A stretch of DNA of 64,000 nt, taken from the NCBI GenBank assembly GCA_963804995.1, contig CAWDSK010000003.1, positions 1,600,001 through 1,664,000 on the forward strand, read 5' to 3'. Below, piece after piece: positions 58,229-64,000 of the stretch. A program made the translations under genes and the position numbers. Under the pieces are notes generated by a model, which saw only the letters and a list, made by a program, of their open reading frames with translations, searched no databases and had not been told where the DNA came from. The DNA is from an uncultured Acidobacteriota bacterium. GTDB lineage: Bacteria; Acidobacteriota; Terriglobia; UBA7540. How positions within the stretch are numbered: position 1 is the first letter of the stretch; the number at the start of each line of letters is the position of its first letter.

Positions 58229-59933
58229 GAGCTTGTGACTTTTTTGGTCACCAGTAAGGGGGGATGGGTGGGGGGAGGAGGCAGAAAATCGGGAGCGGAG
58301 GTACGGAGAGAGAAAAAAGCTGGCGGTTGGGTCGGTACTTGTATTAATATAAATGTTATGGACAACGTTTTACATTCAGATGATTTTAAATTAGGAATGG
58401 AACCGGCGGTAGGTCAGGAAGCGGAAGGAAAGGAAGAGAAGGGCGCGAAGGGGGCAGCAGAGCGGCGCGGGGCGGTGCGTTTGCGCCGGCCGGAGCGCCA
58501 GCAGATGGCCTGGGTGGCGCAATGTCCGGACGATCTGGTGGGGCCGGGGCACGGGGTGCGGCGGGTGGCGGCGGTGGTGGAGCGCTTGGACTTAGCGGCG
58601 TTCCGCCTGCCGATCAAGGCGCGGGAAGGAGGGGCTGGACGGGACGCGACCGATCCCCAGCTTTTAGTGTCGCTGTGGTTATACGCCTGTGTGCGGGGCA
58701 TCGGTGCGGCGCGCGAACTGGCGCGGCAGTGCCAGGAGCATGCGGCCTTTCGCTGGCTGTGCGGAGGGGTGACGGTGAACCACCGTTTGCTGTCGGACTT
58801 TCGCACCGATCACGCCGAGGCCTTGGACACCCTGTTCACGCAAGTGATCGCTGCTCTGGTGGATAAAGGAGTGGTGAAGGTCAGCCGCATCAGCCAGGAC
58901 GGAATGCGGGTGCGGGTGGGGGCGGGGAAGAAGAGTTTTCGGCGGGAAAGGCGGCTGGAGGAACTGCTGGGGGAAGCGGAACGGCACGTGGCGGAGTTGA
59001 GACGGCAACTGGAGTCGCCGGAAGGAGCGGGGCTGAGCGCGCGGCAAGCGGCGGCGCGGAAGCGGGCGGCGCAGGAGCGGCAGAAACGCCTGCAGGAGGC
59101 GATTGCGCAACTGCCGGAGCTGCAACGCCGGCACACCGCAAGGGTAAAGCGGACGGGGGGAAAACGGGGCCAGGAGATTGCGGCGCAGCCTCCGCGGGTG
59201 AGCACGACGGATGCGGAAGCGCGCATCATGAAGATGCCCAACGGGGGCTACGACCCGGCGGTGAATGTGCAGTTGGCGGCGGACCCGGAGAGCCGCGCCA
59301 TTGTGGGGGTGGAGGTGAGCGCGGAAGGTTCGGACTCGGGAGGACTGAGCGCGCCGCTGCGGGAACAGGTGGAACAGCGCACGGGCGGGAAGGTGGAAGA
59401 GCACTTGTTGGACGGCGGGTACCTGCGCAAGGAAGACTTGGAAGCGGCACACGCGCAGGGCGTGGCGCTGTTCATCCCGCCGCACACGGCGCAAAATCGT
59501 CAGAAGCGGGGGAAGGAACTGGAGCCCCAGAAGGGCGACAGCGAGGCCGTACGAGAGTGGAAGCAACGCATGAAAAGTGAGGAGGGAAAGAAAATCTATC
59601 AGCAGAGAGCGGCGACGAGTGAAACCGTCAACGCCGACTTGCGCACCTATCGCGGTTTGGGCCGCATCCTGGTGCGCGGGCTGGCCAAGGCACGCTGCGT
59701 GGCACTGTGGTGCGCCCTGGCTTACAACGTGATGCACTTCGCGCCCCTGTTGCTGGGCTAACCAAGCCCTGCCCAGCCGTACCGGGCACGGGTGTAGGGC
59801 GGATTCCCCCGGTACTCCTTGCCGCGCGGCACCGCTCCACCGGCCAAGGGGAGCCCTCTCGCGCACTTCCCAAGCTGCCCACTACCTGACCCGCCCCACC
59901 GCGTAACGGTGGCTTCGAAAAAGTCACAAGCTC
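58229..59933 (+). mobile_element. IS1182-family insertion sequence (1705 bp)
   Basis: 16-bp terminal IR gagcttgtgacttttt/aaaaagtcacaagctc; 3-bp TSD cag at 58226-58228 and 59934-59936. Confidence 0.9.
58358..59761 (+). CDS. IS1182-family transposase
   Basis: GRDATDP.LL..LWLYA, FRWLCGG..NH..LSDFR, SQDG, STTDAEAR.MK, LDGGY, Y..R..E..N; start uncertain. Confidence 0.88.
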   Translation: MDNVLHSDDFKLGMEPAVGQEAEGKEEKGAKGAAERRGAVRLRRPERQQMAWVAQCPDDLVGPGHGVRRVAAVVERLDLAAFRLPIKAREGGAGRDATDPQLLVSLWLYACVRGIGAARELARQCQEHAAFRWLCGGVTVNHRLLSDFRTDHAEALDTLFTQVIAALVDKGVVKVSRISQDGMRVRVGAGKKSFRRERRLEELLGEAERHVAELRRQLESPEGAGLSARQAAARKRAAQERQKRLQEAIAQLPELQRRHTARVKRTGGKRGQEIAAQPPRVSTTDAEARIMKMPNGGYDPAVNVQLAADPESRAIVGVEVSAEGSDSGGLSAPLREQVEQRTGGKVEEHLLDGGYLRKEDLEAAHAQGVALFIPPHTAQNRQKRGKELEPQKGDSEAVREWKQRMKSEEGKKIYQQRAATSETVNADLRTYRGLGRILVRGLAKARCVALWCALAYNVMHFAPLLLG

Positions 59934-60075
59934 CAGGGGAGAAGGTGGCTGACGTAGGAGGCCGGATGAGGGGTTACTTACACACGCAGGGCGTCGGAAC
60001 AAGCCAAGTTTTTGATCCTGTGACGGCGCCCAGAAGGTCGCCGGTACAAAAAGCAGCCGCAACCCAAGAATCAGC

Positions 60076-61200
60076 CTACAACTTCAGCGTATAATCCCGG
60101 TAGGCCGGCCAGCCTTCAATCGAAGTGGCAGCCTTGATGGCGCGGACGATGGCCTCTGCAGCCACCTCACCCGCCAGGGCCCCGACCGTCGAGATCGGAA
60201 CCTCCGCCTTCAGCTTGTTTGTCGAGAGAGCGTAAAGCTGGTCGCCATCTCCCGTGGTGTGATAGGGCACAATGGCCCGCGCCGCCCCGCAATTGGCCAT
60301 CATGGCGATCTTGGTCATCTCCGTTTTGTTAAAGCTAACGTTGGTCGCCACCACCACCAGATTCGTACTGTTAAAGGGCGGATCGTTTAGGGCCAGCGAC
60401 GCCTGGGGTTTACCCGCGGCGAGTTCCGATTTCATGATCTCCATGGTATTCGCGAAACCTTTTCCATCCGGGCGGCGCGCTCCGGCGATGATCTTCCCGG
60501 TGCGCCAGTCCAGGATATCTCCTACCGCATTGATTACCACCAGCGCCGCAATGACCACTTCTCCCAAGCGCAGGCTCGCAGTGCCCAGCCCACCCTTCAT
60601 TCCGTGGTAGGCGCGGAGCATCTTCCCGACCGTGGCTCCAGCGCCTGCGCCCACGTTACCCTCCGCCACAGGACCCGTGGACGCTGCCTGGCACGCTTTG
60701 TAGGCGGCCTCGGGATCGGGCCGGATTCTTGCATCACCGATACCCACATCTGAAATCACCGCGCCCACCACTATGGGAATAGTCACGGGCATGTCCGGCG
60801 GCCCCCAACGGAACCCGATGTTGCGATCTTGCAGGTATTGGACGGCGCCCGCCACGGCTGCCAAGGCCGGCACTCCGCCGCCCGTCAGCAGCAATCCATG
60901 GATCGTCTGCACGGAGCTTGCGGGCTGAAGCATGACGGCCATCTGCTCACCGGGGGCGGAGCCGTCCCAATCCACCGCCGCCGTCGCCTCAGGGTCAAAA
61001 AGAATCGCCGTGCAACCCGTGGGACGGCGCGTGTCGGTCCAGTGCCCCACCTTGATCCCAGGGACATCCGTAAGTCCGCCCCCACCCGCTGCATCGGCGT
61101 TAACATCGGGCGCAACGGCCTTCGCCAATCCAGGGAGAAAACTGATACCGCTCGATACCGCCAGGGTTTTGCTGAATTGCCTTCGACTGAGTTTTGACAC
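60076..61200 (-). CDS. P1/S58 (DmpA-like) peptidase with Tat signal
   Basis: SRRQF Tat motif, LTDVPGIKVGH, TGCT, EGNVGAGAGA, KGGLG, DGD. Confidence 0.88.
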   Translation of the reverse strand: MSKLSRRQFSKTLAVSSGISFLPGLAKAVAPDVNADAAGGGGLTDVPGIKVGHWTDTRRPTGCTAILFDPEATAAVDWDGSAPGEQMAVMLQPASSVQTIHGLLLTGGGVPALAAVAGAVQYLQDRNIGFRWGPPDMPVTIPIVVGAVISDVGIGDARIRPDPEAAYKACQAASTGPVAEGNVGAGAGATVGKMLRAYHGMKGGLGTASLRLGEVVIAALVVINAVGDILDWRTGKIIAGARRPDGKGFANTMEIMKSELAAGKPQASLALNDPPFNSTNLVVVATNVSFNKTEMTKIAMMANCGAARAIVPYHTTGDGDQLYALSTNKLKAEVPISTVGALAGEVAAEAIVRAIKAATSIEGWPAYRDYTLKL

Positions 61201-61661
61201 GGCGCCTCACCTCCCAATCTAAATTCGTAGAAATCGCTGCGTGCTGCGACCAAGACTAAGTCGGATTGCGGTGCGGGTCAATCGTAGGATGCAGCGTAAC
61301 GTCCGGCGAGCCGGGGAAAGAATCACCGCAGAGGCGCGGAGGAGCGGAGATATTAAAACCAACGGCCATTTTCTCTGCGCCTCTGCGCCTCTGCGGTGAA
61401 CTTGGCAATTCCTTCGCAAAGACCTGCTGCCCCCGCTGCAAATTTGCGCGCAAGAACCATTTCGGATAATTTGTCTCTCTTACTTTAGGATTTGGGCCAC
61501 CGGCAGACCAGTGCACATATTTTACTTTCAATAACACCTACTTAAAATGTTACTATTAATATTAAGTACCCGACGCCGGGGACGCTGTGTTAAGGGCTGG
61601 GGACTGGTGAGAAGCGGTAGTCAGTAAGCAGTAGGCGGAAGGCAGCGAATGAAGAGGACGT

Positions 61662-61933
61662 GCTAACCCATGATGTACCAGAAAACAAAGGTACTTAGGG
61701 GTAAAATGGCAGAAATGTCCAAACGCCTATGTATTTGAAGTTAAATAACTTAGTTCGATCCGACGGCGTGGGCGCGGTGAAACAGGGGGAATTAAAAATG
61801 AAGGTTCATCCCATGATGTTGTTGAAAACACATGTAGAAAAAATGTCAGTTTAAGGCTAACCCACTATGTTTATGAAAATTAAGCTAGTTATAGTCGCTA
61901 ACCCATGATGTTTATGAAAAGAAAGGGAGTTAG
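61662..61933 (+). repeat. AT-rich five-unit degenerate repeat element, copy 2
   Basis: ctaacccatgatgtaccagaaaacaaaggtactta ... ctaacccactatgtttatgaaaattaagctagtta, ctaacccatgatgtttatgaaaagaaagggagttag. Confidence 0.75.
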
Positions 61934-62010
61934 AGAAAAATGCTAGAGATGGAATTCGTGGTTCGGATTTTCTGGATTACAATAGAACCCTGATAAGGCT
62001 CTCCAGACCG

Positions 62011-64000
62011 ATGAGCAAGAAACCTCAAGCCGTAATTGCTGACCAGCCCCCCAGGCAGGTGAACATCAGTGTCCAGCGTTATTTTGAGATTTCCCTTTTG
62101 CTGATGCTGACCACCGGCTTTTTTACGATCGCCACCACTGGCAAGCTTGATGTCATTTCCATCATCGGGATGTCCAGTGCGTTGATCGTCAAGCTGTGGA
62201 GCTATGTGCGCGGCGACGAGCTCTCCCTCACGCCCAAGACGGTCACGCGCATTTCCATCTTTTACATCTTCTTTTACGGCCTCGATTTCCTGATCTTTTC
62301 TTCCGGCCCCAGCCCCATTGACCGCATGCTCTCCGCCACGGTGCACATGGTTCTGTTCACGGCGGTCATGAAGATTTTTTCAGCGCGGACCTACCGTGAC
62401 TACGGTTATCTGGCGACGCTCTCATTCCTGATGATGCTGGCGAGCGCCGTCCTGACGGTGGGCACGACCTTCCTGGTCTTCTTCACGCTGTACGTGCTCT
62501 GTGCCATTTCGACCTTCATCAGTTACGAAATCAAGCGGGGAGTGGAAGCGGCGCGGCGGGCGCCCGAAGGGCCTTTCCGGATTCCCGAGCAAAACCGCCG
62601 GGCCATCGAGAAAGCTCTGATGACGGCGGCGGTATGCCTGGCGATGGGAATCTTCCTGCTGGCCGGGGTCCTTTTCTTCGTCATCCCGCGGTACCGGAGC
62701 GGATACCTCACCGCTCTTTCCATGCAGACGCAGAACATTACGGGCTTTTCCGAATCCGTCAACCTGGGAGATATCCGCAAAATCCTGCGTTCACCCCTGG
62801 TGGTGATGCGCATCATGCCGGAGGGCAACCCCCGCGAGTATGTGAGCGTGAAATGGCGCGGGGTCAGCCTGAACAGCTTTGACGGTAAGCATTGGTTCAA
62901 TGACAACACGGAACAATTCCCGCTCCAGCCCGCTTCCTATCAGCGCTTCCTGATTCCGCCTCCGGACGGTTGGGAGCGCCGTCCGCACCGTCCCTTGCGC
63001 TACCGCGTCCTGCGCGCCGCCCTTTCCACCGACGTGCTCTTCGCCGCCGCGGAACCGCGTGAGCTCAGTGCGCAAATCCGGCTGTTAAGCCTGGACCAGA
63101 CCGGCTCGCTGCACAATCCGCAGAACGCCAACCTGCCTTTTGCTTACTCCGTGGTCTCTGAGACCGGCCTTCCCCCGGTGGCGGATCTGCGGAAAGCTCC
63201 GGCCCAGTCCTCCGACGAGATTCGGATGATCTATCTCCGCCTGCCCCAGATGGATCCGCGGGTGGGCGAACTGGCCCGCACCGTGACGGGGTCCGCGACC
63301 AACAATTACGATCGCGCCTTCGCCATCCAGTCTTACCTGCGCAACAACTTCCGGTACACGCTTGACCCTCCCTCGATTGAGCCGGCCGATCCCATCGGCA
63401 GCTTCCTGTTCAAATCCAAGTCAGGGTATTGCGAGTATTTTGCCGCCGCCATGGCGGTGATGCTGCGCACGCTGGGTGTCCCCGCCCGGCTGGTGAACGG
63501 GTTTCAGACGGGCGCCTACAACCGCATCGGCAAGGATTTTGTGGTGCGCGCTCGCGACGCTCATAGCTGGGTGGAAGCTTACTTCCCCGGCTACGGCTGG
63601 ATCCCTTTCGACCCCACCCCGGCGGACCCCAATCCTGTCGTTCCCAGCGAATGGGATGATTACGTCGATGCGGCGGCGCTCTTCTGGAATGAGTGGATCA
63701 TCAACTACGACTTCGGCCACCAGGTGCAATTGGCGCGGGAACTTGAGCAGGATTCCCATAACTTCCAACAGGACTTTCGCCGGCGCACTCTGAGACTTAA
63801 GCGCCAGGGAATTCGCGCCGCGTTTCGCATCGAGGGCTGGCTGATCTCGCACAAGTTCCTGGTGCTGGCCATCATGCTCTCCATCCTGGCAGGACTAATT
63901 CTGACCGACAAGAGTGGCAGACTGGCCGAGATGCGCTTCCTGCTGGCATGGAAATTTGCCCGGCAAAATGCGGCACTCAGCCCGCGCGAAGCCACGCTCA
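62011..64000 (+). CDS. DUF3488 + transglutaminase-like membrane protein (TgpA-like), partial
   Basis: ATG at 62011 (MSKKPQAV...); multiple TM segments, GFSESVNLG, WRG, GYCEYFA..M..MLR..GVPARLVNGF, AHSWVE.YFPG.GW..FDPTP; runs off the window end. Confidence 0.9.
   Translation, partial: MSKKPQAVIADQPPRQVNISVQRYFEISLLLMLTTGFFTIATTGKLDVISIIGMSSALIVKLWSYVRGDELSLTPKTVTRISIFYIFFYGLDFLIFSSGPSPIDRMLSATVHMVLFTAVMKIFSARTYRDYGYLATLSFLMMLASAVLTVGTTFLVFFTLYVLCAISTFISYEIKRGVEAARRAPEGPFRIPEQNRRAIEKALMTAAVCLAMGIFLLAGVLFFVIPRYRSGYLTALSMQTQNITGFSESVNLGDIRKILRSPLVVMRIMPEGNPREYVSVKWRGVSLNSFDGKHWFNDNTEQFPLQPASYQRFLIPPPDGWERRPHRPLRYRVLRAALSTDVLFAAAEPRELSAQIRLLSLDQTGSLHNPQNANLPFAYSVVSETGLPPVADLRKAPAQSSDEIRMIYLRLPQMDPRVGELARTVTGSATNNYDRAFAIQSYLRNNFRYTLDPPSIEPADPIGSFLFKSKSGYCEYFAAAMAVMLRTLGVPARLVNGFQTGAYNRIGKDFVVRARDAHSWVEAYFPGYGWIPFDPTPADPNPVVPSEWDDYVDAAALFWNEWIINYDFGHQVQLARELEQDSHNFQQDFRRRTLRLKRQGIRAAFRIEGWLISHKFLVLAIMLSILAGLILTDKSGRLAEMRFLLAWKFARQNAALSPREATL

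Overview
GC-rich bacterial window. The gene content (tandem acidobacterial-type VWA proteins, Omp85-SurA-TamB cluster, PEGA proteins, DinB) points to Acidobacteriota, which is an inference. Core genes: uppS-cdsA-dxr-rseP-ispG, ribF, mutY, a UbiD-family decarboxylase and tRNA-Ser(GGA). Accessory and non-coding features: (1) an ORF-less group IIC intron (1518-2144) inserted 2 nt after a REP-like hairpin; (2) a dense mosaic of REP/REPIN-like palindromes at 1.4-4.7 kb, with a PD-(D/E)xK nuclease, a decayed Phd-PIN toxin-antitoxin pair and DinB; (3) two complete IS elements (ISKra4-like with 9-bp TSD, IS1182-like with 3-bp TSD), both inserted in palindromic repeats; (4) a divalent-metal uptake locus with a canonical M-box riboswitch before an OprB-type porin and a much shorter M-box-like RNA before an MgtE-N/CBS + NRAMP pair; (5) two copies of an AT-rich non-coding element of five degenerate units with conserved spacing; (6) a decayed tRNA-Ser islet carrying a Ser/Thr kinase-Zn ribbon-TPR gene and an integrase remnant. 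Several genes have single-base frameshifts, probably sequencing errors, and others have deletions. All calls come from reading motifs by eye; no database search was run.
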